This document shows, piece after piece, positions 25,501-36,849 of a DNA stretch of 64,000 nucleotides; within the stretch, counting starts at the first letter, position 1, and every line of letters begins with the position of its first letter. The stretch comes from Phoronis australis (taxonomy: Eukaryota > Animalia > Phoronida): the NCBI GenBank assembly GCA_002633005.1, contig NMRA01000350.1, positions 193,642-257,641 on the forward strand, read 5' to 3'. The position numbers were made by a program, and so were the translations under genes. The notes under the pieces are model-generated. The model did not search any database, was not told the DNA's origin, and worked only from the letters and a program-made list of their open reading frames with translations.

Positions 25501-25653
25501 GCGTAATTTTACGAATCAGATAACTAATCAATGAAACCATTGATGATTGTTAAATTACAGTAATAAGTTGATGTTATGTCATGCGACACGCTCACCTGCT
25601 GACAACGTAAAGATGACTAGTGGAACCAAAACAAGCCTGACTAGGGAGCCCAT
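1496..25653 (-). CDS. Collagen alpha chain, type IV (alpha2)-like N-terminal/7S region; multi-exon, probably continues beyond the left edge
   Basis: Ten GT-AG-bounded exons join in frame: [60 protein letters not shown], then about 60 uninterrupted Gly-X-Y triplets including GCKG, ending [16 protein letters not shown]. Helical exons are phase 0 and multiples of 9 bp (135,45,126,108,54,36). Collagen call is strong; the type IV assignment rests on the CSxGCxC..KGxRG and GCxG motifs. Confidence 0.88.
2052..2087 (-). CDS. Collagen exon, 36 bp ([12 protein letters not shown])
   Basis: 4 triplets, polypyrimidine tract plus AAG acceptor, GTAAGT donor. Confidence 0.85.
2270..2520. mobile_element. Harbinger/PIF-type MITE (related copies near 31790-32015 and 56394-56662)
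   Basis: TIR ggggcccgttccaagaaactg ... cagttttcctggaacgggttcc with internal ttaag-rich repeats. Confidence 0.6.
3336..4200 (-). mobile_element. Degraded Tx1/L1-clade LINE ORF2, C-terminal part
   Basis: Stop-riddled frame containing [13 protein letters not shown] and [12 protein letters not shown]...P, typical of the C-terminal Cys-rich region. Confidence 0.45.
5290..6041 (-). mobile_element. Kolobok-like DNA transposon 5' end with frameshifted THAP domain
   Basis: Terminus TTAA|AGGAGAA at 6045-6035; minus frames give CTSGCTH...[18 protein letters not shown] and V(R)[12 protein letters not shown]...RLKKGA. Confidence 0.6.
6180..6930 (-). mobile_element. Degraded Tx1/L1-clade LINE ORF2, endonuclease-RT linker
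   Basis: [15 protein letters not shown]...[23 protein letters not shown]...EEVF...TTGPG with stops and frameshifts. Confidence 0.55.
7414..7467 (-). CDS. Collagen exon, 54 bp ([18 protein letters not shown])
   Basis: Canonical 54-bp collagen exon, ttgttccag acceptor, GTGAAT donor. Confidence 0.9.
7726..7833 (-). CDS. Collagen exon, 108 bp ([36 protein letters not shown])
   Basis: 12 triplets with a helix-internal Cys, CAG acceptor, GTAAGT donor. Confidence 0.93.
8055..8515. mobile_element. MITE with ~40-bp imperfect TIRs
   Basis: ctcgctggttctatgcgtgcc...gccagcacg versus cgtgctggc...ggcacacagggaaccagcgag. Confidence 0.6.
8671..8920 (+). mobile_element. ~240-bp interspersed repeat/MITE, copy 2 of 3
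   Basis: Colinear with 423-662 and reverse complement of 29925-30154. Confidence 0.7.
9556..9681 (-). CDS. Collagen exon, 126 bp ([42 protein letters not shown])
   Basis: 14 triplets, ttttctcttgcag acceptor, GTAAAG donor. Confidence 0.93.
9890..10400 (-). mobile_element. LINE (CR1/L2-group) ORF2 C-terminal remnant
   Basis: [20 protein letters not shown].....ESEIHFLL matches the FRxSxHxLxIExGR...EDExHFLLxC tail. Confidence 0.6.
10441..10485 (-). CDS. Collagen exon, 45 bp ([15 protein letters not shown])
   Basis: 5 triplets, CAG acceptor, CAG|GTATGT donor. Confidence 0.88.
13497..13631 (-). CDS. Collagen exon, 135 bp ([45 protein letters not shown])
   Basis: 15 perfect Gly-X-Y triplets, ttttttcccag acceptor, GTAAGT donor. 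Confidence 0.93.
13790..13900. repeat. Hexanucleotide microsatellite (GACAAT/GGCGAT/GGCAAT) grading into (ATC)n
   Basis: aatgacaattgcaatgacaattgcaatg...gcgatggcgatggcgatggcgacggcaatg. Confidence 0.8.
14550..15440 (+). mobile_element. DINE-1/HINE (Helentron-associated)-like non-autonomous element with internal ~148-bp tandem units
   Basis: cgtcc microsatellite near the 5' end, five diverged units each containing GCC(A)CCTAGTGG, GC-rich 3' end finishing ctcttgtt. Confidence 0.55.
16522..17016 (+). mobile_element. Kolobok-like element 5' end carrying a THAP zinc-finger ORF (16696-17016)
   Basis: TTAA|AGGAGAATGCCACCC terminus; CIVPAC...[12 protein letters not shown]...[13 protein letters not shown] is the C2CH THAP signature; no nearby in-frame ATG. 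A similar terminus TTAA|AGGAGCATGCCACCC is at 24963. Confidence 0.7.
17792..17840 (+). repeat. (AAAAC)n microsatellite
   Basis: aacaaaacaaaacaaaacaaatcaaaacaaaacaaaactaaacaaaac. Confidence 0.9.
17972..18016 (-). CDS. Collagen Cys exon [15 protein letters not shown]
   Basis: 45 bp, acceptor ttacattccag, donor AGG|GTAAGT, start of the Gly-X-Y helix. Confidence 0.85.
18096..19460 (-). mobile_element. 5'-truncated, frameshifted LINE (CR1/L2 group) reverse transcriptase
   Basis: [45 protein letters not shown]...[29 protein letters not shown]. Confidence 0.85.
19543..19587 (-). CDS. Duplicated collagen Cys exon ([15 protein letters not shown]); alternative exon or pseudo-exon
   Basis: 45-bp paralog of 17972-18016 with intact acceptor ttacattccag and donor GTACGT; a Gly>Arg change breaks the Gly-X-Y register. 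Confidence 0.45.
20840..22200 (-). mobile_element. Tx1/L1-clade LINE ORF2 fragment (RT and C-terminus)
   Basis: [14 protein letters not shown]...QYADD...[14 protein letters not shown]; WSKRILT...[16 protein letters not shown]. Confidence 0.85.
23627..23703 (-). CDS. Collagen exon: N-terminal non-helical segment (D)[25 protein letters not shown]
   Basis: Acceptor gtttattttcag, donor GAG|GTAGGT, 77 bp open frame, phase 1 to phase 0, bridging the signal exon and the Cys exon. Confidence 0.68.
24161..24315 (+). mobile_element. Short hAT-type MITE (inverted copy at 48848-49007)
   Basis: cagtggcgga terminus; internal tggctaatactctgcc is the reverse complement of ggcagagtattagcca at about 48888. 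Confidence 0.65.
25596..25653 (-). CDS. Collagen exon: signal peptide [19 protein letters not shown]
   Basis: ATG at 25653, hydrophobic 19-aa stretch, phase-1 donor CAG|GTGAG that joins the next exon in frame (G+AC=Asp). Confidence 0.72.
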
Positions 25654-28600
25654 CTCCTAAAAATCGGTTGCTGCACTCTCACCGTCTCAGTCAGACTCAT
25701 CCTTTCCCTCCGGAGGACATATTCGACTCATTTATATTGGACGGCCTTGATGCTAACGATGTTCCAGCATGCACTGTAGTGCATGACCGGTTCTTGGAAC
25801 CACCCACAGGCCTTGTCACCTGATGCCGAACGCTGCTTGAGCAGACGATGAAACTCAGAGCAACGGAACACAATTAACTTTCGAATTTCAAAAGACGGCG
25901 GCTATTCAAATATTTTGACATCACAATGGCGCTGAGAATGAGGTCTACATGTACCTTGCATTGAGATTAAACACTGAAACAGTGTCCTAAACGTTCACGT
26001 ACAATAGAGCCGGAAACTGTCTATTCAAAGTAATATTTCCAAAATGCAGAACAAAATGTGAAAATTCGATATTAGTTCCAAATCAGAGTTGGATTTTCCT
26101 TTATTATTCGAAACAGGAAACATGTTACAGTGATTCACATTCATTCTCGGTTTTAGATACTGTCTCAGATTTGAAACAACGTTTCATCTCAGATTCAACG
26201 CGAAACGATGCATCACAATAATACCGGGGAAGGCAAGAAATCTGATTGCACGGTACCACAGCGCCACCTCTGGATGAGAGCAGCCGTAAACGATGACGAC
26301 CAGTCGGTAGGCGTCTCTTCATGACAAGTAACTTGTAAGTCTAGTCAGGAATTTGATTATATACTCCACACAGCTATTTATGAAATAATTAAATTTCAAT
26401 TTAGCAAAATACACACTCGTTGAGAATGTACCTGGGCGTGAAAGGTCAAACCTGAGCTGAGACAAGAATAAAATAAATTGTGACAATACTAACATTTCTG
26501 GTCTCATCTGAAAGCCCAGTTTCTTTCAGTTTTTTCCAAAATGGACCCATGTTAGGGGTCTCTTGAATCTAAAACTATTTCAATGAGTGTGCTAATTAAT
26601 ATTGTAAATAATTGAACTGTGGGTATTTCATTGTATTATTGTGCAACAACGAAACCTAAACTATCCACAAATGTTATTTGACCCGAGGCACATTGTCGAC
26701 CACTCGGGGTCCAAGGCCAACTCTTGGATACCATTGTGTCGTAGAGATATGTCCGTCGTAAAAAGTGCTGAAAAGGTTAGTTATGTAAGAAGTTTTGATC
26801 CAAAATCAAAATGATTTCAGAATCTTGTTACTCAATACTATTGACCAAAATTATTCGTTAAGTCAGGAATCGCGTGACAGTCGTAAGCAAAACTGAACTT
26901 CCGTTACGTACCTCCGTCTCACCTATGAACATGAAAATTTTCAGCTCCAATAAATTAAGCTTAAGTCTTATTGTAACTTTCCAATCTTGCAGAAGATAAA
27001 ATGAGCCTCACACTTGAGATCCTAAAGCGATAAAATATTACAAAAACGGCTATAACGCAAGTTGCTATAGACTTAAAACAGATGCAGTGGAATTTTGCTG
27101 AAAAGTTATAACTTTACAGTGTCATCTAGTAAGTTTGGCTGAGTGGAATTCATTTTATTAAACTTCGACAGTTAAAGCACATTCTAAATGTAAGTAAAAA
27201 AACATGTTAATTTAAAGAACTTATGCAGCAGTCTGTGTTACTGTGTCATGTTTGTCAAGATATCCCCGGTTTTTAGAAAATTGCAGAACCAAGGAACGAT
27301 TCATACAAAAGACTTCCTAAGGTGCTCTGCTGATTAGAAAAACACGAGATGTAAAAGGTACACGCGCCAAGTTGCTGTTGTGCTGTAATCAACATGTTAT
27401 TTCTGCTGTGACCCGCTGTGCTATGCTTTGTGTTGGTCAAGTCTATACTGAGCATTTGCAAGTGATAGCAAGATGTGGCCTACTTTAATAAATTTGCTGT
27501 GTTTTGTTTTTCGGTTCCTTGGATGACTTGTGTGATATGATTTCATAGGAAAGATTACATCGTCTCAGTTTACACATTTCTGACAAAACAAGTACGCTGA
27601 TCTTGCTATCTTTTTAAGATAGATTGTGGTTTTTTGCTGAGCTTATATGGGATTGAATCGATGTTTAGAAACGAGAGAGGGAATGTCTGGAGGCATGGGG
27701 AAGAACGGATGTCGACTGGGAGAGAAGCAAGTATATGCAGGGATGTTCTCCGGAACTCTTAAAATATCAACGGAGATCAAGAACTTCATAATTGTACCTA
27801 CGTGGTTTGTGATGCGACTTTTTAACACTTCCCTTTAAAATGGAAATGAAGACATTAATAAGAAAATGACTGAAAGCTATCAAAATTAACCACCATCTGA
27901 TAATTTCAGTTAGTCCACATATTCCTAAATCACATTCCAAAATTTACTGCAGTTTTATGTCTGCCTTCACACTGCAAGACAGCACCTGTGTCTTGGATCA
28001 AAATATGAATTGCTGGAAGTTGATGCCGTTAACTTATCTAGGTGGAACTTTGTTAGAAGAAAATACTGAAGTCTTGTTACTAAGGCATTAAAAACATCAC
28101 TTTTATTAATAACTTAGCCATGCGTCAGAATCATCAACGACATGGCCCAGACAATAAGTCTACAAGCTTAGGGAGTGTCCTAATTTTAAAATTTTAAACA
28201 AATAATTCAAATGCTTCTATGGTGCAATGATGATTAATATTGTTTTAAATCTTATTTAGCATTTTATGTCTATACGATAGCTTCATTTACTTTTTATTTG
28301 AGAATTTGTTTTCTACTTAACGCAAAGAGCCCAGTGCCCGGTTGTATGAAACAGTCCCTGATAGGGACCCAACTAAGTTTCCTAAAATCTAAGGCGTATT
28401 TTTGGACTTGTGAAAACATCAATTGCTCTTTCATGTATTGTTTTAGTTTCATTACTAAGTCAACTGTTGACTATGATACATATCGAGAGTGAACTCTACG
28501 TTGAATTGCCAATATTATCAAAAATAATTAGGGATCTTTTCATGCAACACCCCCAATTTAAAGTCCTTATCAAAAAATGCCAATGTGGCTCCAGTATCCG

Positions 28601-29924
28601 AAAATACTTAATAAATAAAATTCTACTTTCAATACCCTTTCGTTAGATTCTTTTCTTCTTGATAAATATGCTCACAATTCCGGTTGGACTCATTTCCTAC
28701 AACATTTGCTGAGCTGAAAGGCTTGTTCAACTGGTTGCTTTGTAATTTTTGAACATTTAACGTTGATTCATTTTCACAAAAGTTATTACAAAAAAGGAAC
28801 TTTGTTCAATTCTCAAAAATATAAGGTGTATTCGAATTATTTTACTGTCAATTTCCCATTCAAGTGATCTTACACTAAGCTAAAAAATAGTTGAAATAAT
28901 TTTGAAATGTTTTTTGCTTGACTGTCAATTGCTACTCAAGGCTTGATAAGGTGTCACAAAATGATTCATATTTTCTAAATTCTAAGTCTAAATTGCTTTG
29001 AAGTCATGTTTTGTAACTTGTTGCTTTCTTAATTCAGGTTATCAAGTCAACAATATGAAGAATCTTAATTAGAGAAAGAGGCTATGTTGGATTGTGAACC
29101 TTAAAGCCTCCAATCCTTTTTCATTGCAACCTCATATATTTAAATCACGCTTGTCAAATTCTGGTGTAAGGAAACACCATGGTCACCATGGTAACAGTTT
29201 CATGCATGTCCACTTTCATATCATAAAAATCAGTGCTGTTGGATAGTGTTTGTAATGCTTAAATGTTACAAAGTACTGTGCATTCTAAGTTACTTATTAT
29301 GGTAAAAGGTTGAATCATTTTGGCTTACATGTACGTAGCGTTCCTATAGTGAGATAATTTCAGTTTTGACTGATGTACAGTAGATATAATTGTCAACTAC
29401 CTTGAAAGTCTTTAAGTAGTAATAAACTTTATTCACGTTAAGACAAAAATACAATTAACACAAATTAATGCTTATGGAGACTTTGTGAAGGAACTGAAAC
29501 CAAATATAGAGTTCCGACTGAAAGCTCTTGATTTTGATTTGAAATGTGGAATACCTGAATGATTAAATCATAATCGTCCTCTGATTTTTTCTTTGATTTC
29601 AATGATTGAGTGACCAAAGCATGAAATAGTTAGCTTGCCATAAACAACATGTTCACTAGCATCTTCAGGCAACATTTCTTGATGCCTTGGCTTTGCTTTT
29701 TTCAATAGATTAATACATAAATTTAAAAAACATCATGCAGTTGGACACCAAGTTCACTGGAAATTTTATATTTCATGGGTTCTTGGAATTCTATCATTGA
29801 CATTGCCACCTCCACTCAAATTACAGTTATCGATGTCGTTCACTTGTAAGGTCACTTCCTTCGTACTCGCTGCTTAACAAATAAAAAACGATAACATTTT
29901 GTATTGGACTTGTCATAATTATGT

Positions 29925-30154
29925 GCTTGAATGAGCCCCCTATTTGGAGAAATGGAGAAAGGTCTGCCTCAGTCAGAGAAGCAAGAATTCCGAAAAAAGT
30001 AGAAAACGAGACCAAAGTCCATTAGAAGGCAGGAAGTACAAAAAATTTGGCGTCTGCAATTCATAGCTCTGAACAGACCCAGTGAATCTTATAGTAAAAG
30101 GTACACATTCTCAAAAATTCGAGCCCCCGTTTTTTTAGGCTTGCTGCGCTCATG
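29925..30154 (-). mobile_element. ~240-bp interspersed repeat/MITE, copy 3 of 3
   Basis: gagccccctatttgg, gtagaaaacgagac, caattcatagctctgaa and acattctcaaaaattcga are reverse complements of motifs in 8671-8920. Confidence 0.7.
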
Positions 30155-30376
30155 CCAAGTCTGGGCAAATCTCTCTTGAAAGCCAATAACTTTGCACCGT
30201 TCGCCAGAAGACTCCAAGTTCTAAATAACTTCGTTTGAGCGAGCGCTTTGGCCAGGGACGAGGTAGGCCTAAGGATAGCCTTGGCGCAAAGCTGTACACT
30301 AACAAGTTGTCTTCACACTGCTATCAGGCACTGAGGCTACACTGTAGCTAACCTGCAGGCTGCGGTGGCAGTGTGA

Positions 30377-31030
30377 CACAGGACTAACCAGCCCGTAATT
30401 TTATGCAAGTGTCTGAAAGTACCTTTGTATGTATACGGCATTTATGATTTGAACCTTTTACTTCGACAAAACAGCTTGCAACCGCATGCCTTTACCGTTC
30501 GTCAGTATCTGGTCTCTGTCCGCACCGGGCCCGAGTCCGGCACAATAATTTCTATCAAAATTTATTCGAACACATTTCGTCAGCAATTTCGAAACAATTG
30601 TCCGTATTTTGCGTGCTGCCGATTATTTTATCCGCGTTTGCAGGCTGGTACATGGGCGGTGCCCCATAGGGGTCTGGGGGAGGAGCTATAGCTCCCCACT
30701 TTTTCCAGGGGTGCACCGCCCATGGTTTATGGGCGGTGCACCACAGGGGGGGCTTTAGCCCCCATTTTTTTCAGTGCTACGCCGCCCATGTGGTAACAGA
30801 CACTGATTCAGTGGCACAGTCGACATATTCTAAGCCTGGGTTTTTGAATGAATTGTACTTCCAGGTTCAAAATGGCGGTGTGTTTTTCGGGTCCGAATCG
30901 TGAGTGGCGTGTTTATTTAAACTTCGGATTATGGATTGTGTATTAGTTATGGGCAGGTACTTCTTGGATCCTTATAACATCCTCTAACCATGTAATAAGG
31001 GTTAACAACGTGTGCTTCTTGGACTTTAAG
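30377..31030 (+). mobile_element. ~520-bp interspersed repeat (inverted copy at 38040-38600) carrying a nested MITE
   Basis: ccgtaattttatgcaagtg, ctttgtatgtatacggcatttatgat, tgaatgaattgtacttcc and gaatcgtgagtggcg match 38040-38600 in reverse. Confidence 0.75.
30651..30790. mobile_element. Dimeric micro-MITE with 5-bp target duplication TGGTA
   Basis: catgggcgg...ccgcccatg units twice, TGGTA on both sides, absent from the paralogous repeat copy at about 38305. Confidence 0.75.
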
Positions 31031-34000
31031 GTCCCTAATTATTTTCGATGAACTCTGGGTTCGGTTTTTAGTAATATTATTAGAAATTGTCATTAATCGA
31101 AGAAGAGCTCATAATAAAGATGAAATGACAGAAACATATTTCATCCTTGAGTCCATAAAGGCATCAATACGCAAACAGACTTAGGGACCTTTGTTGAGTC
31201 CTATTTGGGACTGTTTCAGTCAACCGGCAACAGGTGTCAAATACAGAATAATTATAGTTCTGACTAATTCTCATCCATGTTATTTACAGTCTTCGAAGTG
31301 AGAAATTTAGAATGGTACCTAATAAGTATGTCTTTAATCAAAGGTGCTGAAAATTCAAAGTCTTAGTGAGCATAACCAGCATAGATCTACCCGAGGTAAG
31401 GATTTCGTGCAAAAGAAGAAACGGTATATTTTAGTTAGTATTGCAGCAGTTGCAAAATACCACAAAAAATAAATACTTATATCAGTTTTAATCATTCTGA
31501 ATTGATATCTTACCCACAACAAACAGTATAATACTAAAAATTCCGAATGTAGGAACGTCTCGTACGTCCGTCACACTTACTAAAATTACAGCGAGTTGTC
31601 TGACAGAAGATTCTTAGAAGATATCACCAAAAATGTAGGTGTTGTATTTCACAAACATTCCATTAGATCATCATATTAGATAAAAAAGTAGCGTTTTGCA
31701 ATTCACAAAAATCTCTCTGGATTTCACAACAGCGAAAACCTATGAACAGAAACTTTAGTGCTCACCTGGACTCAGCCGTATGTACAACCCTGGGGCCCAT
31801 TCCAAGAACTTAGCTAAGACAAGTCTTAAATTTCAGTCAACTTTAAGATGAAACTTTTTAAAGTATTAAAATATGTCATAAGACCGTTTCCAGAAAGAGA
31901 TCTAAACCTTACATGTACTTCAAGTTTTTTTATTTAAGTTTGTTCTGAAGACTTGGCGAATGTGAAAGCTTCAAAGTTGAACTTAAGTCAGCTTCAATCT
32001 TAAATCGAGGTCCTGTAATACAAACAGCGACATCTAGCGGCAAGTCATGGCACTGGTGAAATTTTCTGGTAATTTTTCCGTTTTTTTTGTGGGTTGCAAA
32101 ACACAAAACGTATTTATTGATATATCGGACAGACAAATCAAAACTCGTGGGATACTAGACTATACTTTTTATAAGGAACACCAAAAGGAGTTTGGGATAG
32201 CAATGGGTCGGTTTCAAAGAGAGCTAAGCGCCTGTGTAGCCTGTTTCGCGCAACCAGCGCGCTTAGGCTACTACAAGAATTGTAACTTGATTAATTTTTA
32301 TGTCACACTGGTGAACATGGCCTCAATTTTCCAAATGACATACAAAAATGCTGAATCCCCCAGCAACTCCGCACACGACAGAAGTTTTAAAAAACTGAAC
32401 GAGCTACAAGTGATGTCCATGTAGTCAATGTAGACGGAGAGACTGTGTGCTGCCACCTTTCGTCTTTGTCATTACACCTATTACGTAGATTAGCGACGTA
32501 CATATATCATGTATTTACTTTGTAAGATAAAGATCGATTACTAAGTAACGGTGGCTTAATTTAACGCGTGAGCCTCAAATGAAAACTATTTATTTCGCTT
32601 ACATGCATTTTAAATCTGAACATTTTACAAAAGGGCATTCGATTTGGCAACTTCCTGAAGAGTCTATGCTTGTTTGATTTAACGACGGTGGAACACAATA
32701 ACATTATCTGCAATTGTTCTCATTCAATAAACACGAGATACCCAACTTTATAAAGACAATTTTAGAATAAACAATAAATCAAATGTACACACCGTATTTG
32801 ATCTTATTGGCAAATATTTTCCGATATTTTATTTGTATTCCTTTCAGTATTTATTTTACTATCAGTTCCATAAGCTCAGCTTGACGGCGGCAATAACGGC
32901 AAAGACGGACAAAACAGTGTTGAAGTAAGTGTCTTTTATTTTGCACACAAAGCTCAAAATTCATCACATTACAAATGATGTAGCCGGTGACGAAGTTCAT
33001 TTTTCTCGTTTCGTCAATTTAGTGTGCACAAGGGACGCCAAAGACGTACGGTCTCTGGTGACGCGCGGGCTCTTTAAACTTAGTGCCGGCCACCATAACG
33101 GTTCGATCACTACTGTAGTTATGTATGGAATAGGCATGGAATTTTTAAACGCTTGTTGTGTATTACTGCGAATTAATTGAGGAGATATTTTGAACAATGG
33201 GGCTTACTGGAATAGGTTACGTTCAGTTGGCGAAATCTTTTGACCATTCAATTATCAACTCGAGCAGTTATTACGTATTCCACAGGGTATCATTCCTTTC
33301 CCAATTCCAGATTTTCTTTTTTCATTGCAAAGTACCCTCAACCCAAAATGCAGGTTTTATTCATATAGCAGCGCACAATCGGTGGGCTAACAAAGCCACA
33401 CCGCAATCAGCCAAAATAACAAAACATACAGCTATCGCAACTCATCAAACGAATTGAAATCATAAATTGTTTTCCAGTTATTAAATCCCAAAGATGATTG
33501 AAATGTTCGGAATGAAGTTTGTACAAGACTGATCGAGGGACTTTGCAGCCTTCAACGTACTCCAGTAGATATGAAACATGTTGTGGTCCTGAGGTATTGG
33601 GGGTGGTGGCAGTTCATTTACTAGACATCATCGCATGACTTCTTGAGCCACAGTGCATCTACATGTACATGGTATGCGTGTACAGCAAGACGTTTCATAA
33701 AGTTAATTACAAAATATATATTTTGCAGGGTGCACATAATGATTTCAGCGAATACCTGGCAAACAGTGTCGGCAATTGCCGATTCACAAAAAAGTAATAT
33801 TCAGATCATATCACCCTTTGAATATACCTTCGCTACGTAAAATATCTGCTGCTGCGTCAGCTCTCACACATTGGAACCAATTTCACGATGGTACATGTAT
33901 ACTCAGTGTGTCCTCAAACTGTAACCATTCTTCATTACAAAGCAGGGAGTTCAAATCCACATCCTGCGCCCGTTCCTGCTGCATGGTTATGTGAAAGTTA

Positions 34001-36446
34001 GTGCATGGAGCGCCACGTGTTCCATTGGGAACGAGAATGGCAATAAATTAAAACAATAAAAAGTTTTGGAGGAGGAAAATTTATCGCACAATGCTACTGC
34101 AAACTCAGAAACGTTCACAAGGAAGTGCGAAGACAAGCTCTCCAAGAAAATTAAATTTAGTTCTGTTCTTACGTCAATAGGACCAGGAAAGTGCCCGATG
34201 CCATTTGCTGCGCATTAGCCGTGCTTAGGACAAACTACCGGGTCCGTTACAGAGCTTCGTGGACGCACGAATCTCGCTAAGGAAGCTAACGTGAACACGT
34301 GCTTCGTTTGTAGTACCGGTATTTGGCGATATCTCGCGAAGTATTATGAGTGTTTCCATTTTGTGAGAAACTAGGCCTTTAAGATAGAATCAACAAAACC
34401 TGCTGATTTTCAACTAAACCACAAAATTAAATGATATACATGTACATGAAACTAAAATGAGACAATTTGGGGGCTATGTGAAAGAGCTAACTGTTCGGCA
34501 TTGGTTTGAGTCCATCGTCGGCAAGTGTCGCTGTCGATCATTTTTATACGCTGTGCATGGTCTCAATGAAGGACTACATATCATTTCACATCAGAGAAAC
34601 CAGTTTTCTAGCGAAAAGTGGTTTAAAGCACATGTAATATTTTTGACGGAACGCAAGTTTATACTAGACGTTGCGAAGTCCCAGGCAGCGCCATCCTTAA
34701 AAAACTTTGTTTTGATTCACTTTTTGAGCCATGGAGGCCGGAAAGTGGTCGATGGACTCCTTATTACACATGGTAAAGTATGGAATTTATTGATTGTTTC
34801 AACGGGAAGTATAGCTGGCACTTGATTCACTCCATTTTAAAGTTTGGGATTTCAGATTCACCTAATTTGCGCTGCGAATCTTAAACGGCAAGCTAGGACC
34901 TTGGTGTCCAGATACGGCATACTACTGAGCCTGTCGAAGCCGTAATGGTTTGGCGAGCAAGAGTAATAATTTACGTTTCTTATCTCACGGATGTCCGGCA
35001 TTGTGATAGAGTGCTCTCAGCTCACAGTCTACTCAGCTATTGAAAATGGCCTTTCTTCGTTAGAACACTAAATATCGAGTTTCCCATCGACGAACGCTGA
35101 TGATCGTGCTAGGACAATAGAACTCTAGAACTCAACCAATATTTGTTTTCATCAACAGAGGATCGAAACGCATGTTTCTTCAATGTACACAGCCGTCTGT
35201 TCTGCTTTTTTATAGTTGAAGTTTCTTAGGACAGAGTATTGGGGTTACCCTTCACCAGAGTGCAATTTACACTTTTAATTTGCAACATGCTTGTAAAGGT
35301 ACAAAAGTTAGATGTTTTTCTGTCAACGAATCTATAGAAGAACAGATAGAAGAGTCACATTTCCTCAGTTATACGCCAGCGTCATATTTTCGATGTGGAC
35401 TGGGAGACAAGGCGAAGTTACCTTAGATTGGAAATATCGGAAAACCGTTTACTAAACGATTATAAAAGTTCTCTGAGACGAAACGATAACTTTCACGGAA
35501 ATTATCGGAAATCACACGACCCGAACATTGTACACCTCAGCCCCTCAAATTATCCCTGACAGCTTAGGTTTACTTACCTCACTCTAAGTAATATCTTGGC
35601 TTGAAATCATGCATAGCTATTTTAGATAAATTCACATTTCAACTGCTATAATCTCGCGTGACACTTGTGGGGCTAAATTAAAACTGTTTTGGAAATACAT
35701 ATCGTGCATGCACTTCCATTCGTTTTCCCTGATTAATACTTTACATGTACATGTACCCTTGAAGTCTCTGGAGCACGCTGGATTGCGACACTTGTACCGT
35801 CAACGCAATTGCATGTGTACAACTGTATCTACAAATCTGTACATGTACGCCCCGTGTCTCTCCCTTCTATGTGGAAATGTTTCATTCGAAGCTTCCGTCT
35901 CACAGTCCTCGCAACAAAAATCCCCATCCCACCCACCAGTGTCGTACCGTCCGCCATGATCTCCACTCGCTGTCAGAACCCGGAGCCGAACTTTTTGCAA
36001 TTAACAAACTACCCAATAACAATTTCAAATATTTTACATGAATTGAACCGCCGTACACAGGCAATACATGTACATGCGAATTCTACAAAACGTGAGTTTA
36101 ACGAGGCCATTTCTGCCTTTGCCTACTGTGATATATAACGTTATTTTTTTGATGCTTAGGGTTTTAATGTCTTATTTATTGAAGTGTATCTTTAATTTTT
36201 TAAAATCCATTTAATGGTACTTAGCATGGTGATGCTGTCTATATGTAATTGTTAAATGATATTTGTTTTTTGTACTAGTGTATTGTCAAATTTAGTAATA
36301 TTAGCACATAAGCTAGTGTTTGGGGTTCCAAACTAACTTGAAATAACCTAATTAAATTAAAAAACAACAGCATATCATGTGAACCGCGAAATGAAAAATG
36401 CCGAAGATTGCAAACTCTTGAGAATGACGTCGCATGCTACTTTTAA

Positions 36447-36849
36447 AGCCCACCTTCAACAGAATTTTGTTACTTTAGATGTATTGGGCTCACCAGATAG
36501 TCCTAGCAAAGCCTTAGTAAAATAAAAAATGTGAGTTTAATCACGCGAATCTAAGCCCGTCAAATGATAGGTGAACCTGCCTTTTCGTGCTACGTACGTT
36601 GAGTCGTGAGATCCCAGCAAACACAACAAAAGGCCGATAACAGTTGTTATTGGGATCTGAATAGAACACCTTTGTGTGCATGTGTTATTCACAGCTGTTT
36701 GAATGAAAAGGTGATTCTCGTAGTGACGTAAACAAAATACGCCTTACAGTTCGTTACATTTGTCAATGAATGGCACTAGTTAGTTCAGAGCGATGCTCTT
36801 AACGTACTACAGGAACCAGATTTGTTGTTATTACGGTTGAAGATAGCCT
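36447..36849. mobile_element. TTAA-flanked MITE (Kolobok-like)
   Basis: ttaa|agcccaccttcaac ... gttgaagatagcct|ttaa. Confidence 0.55.
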
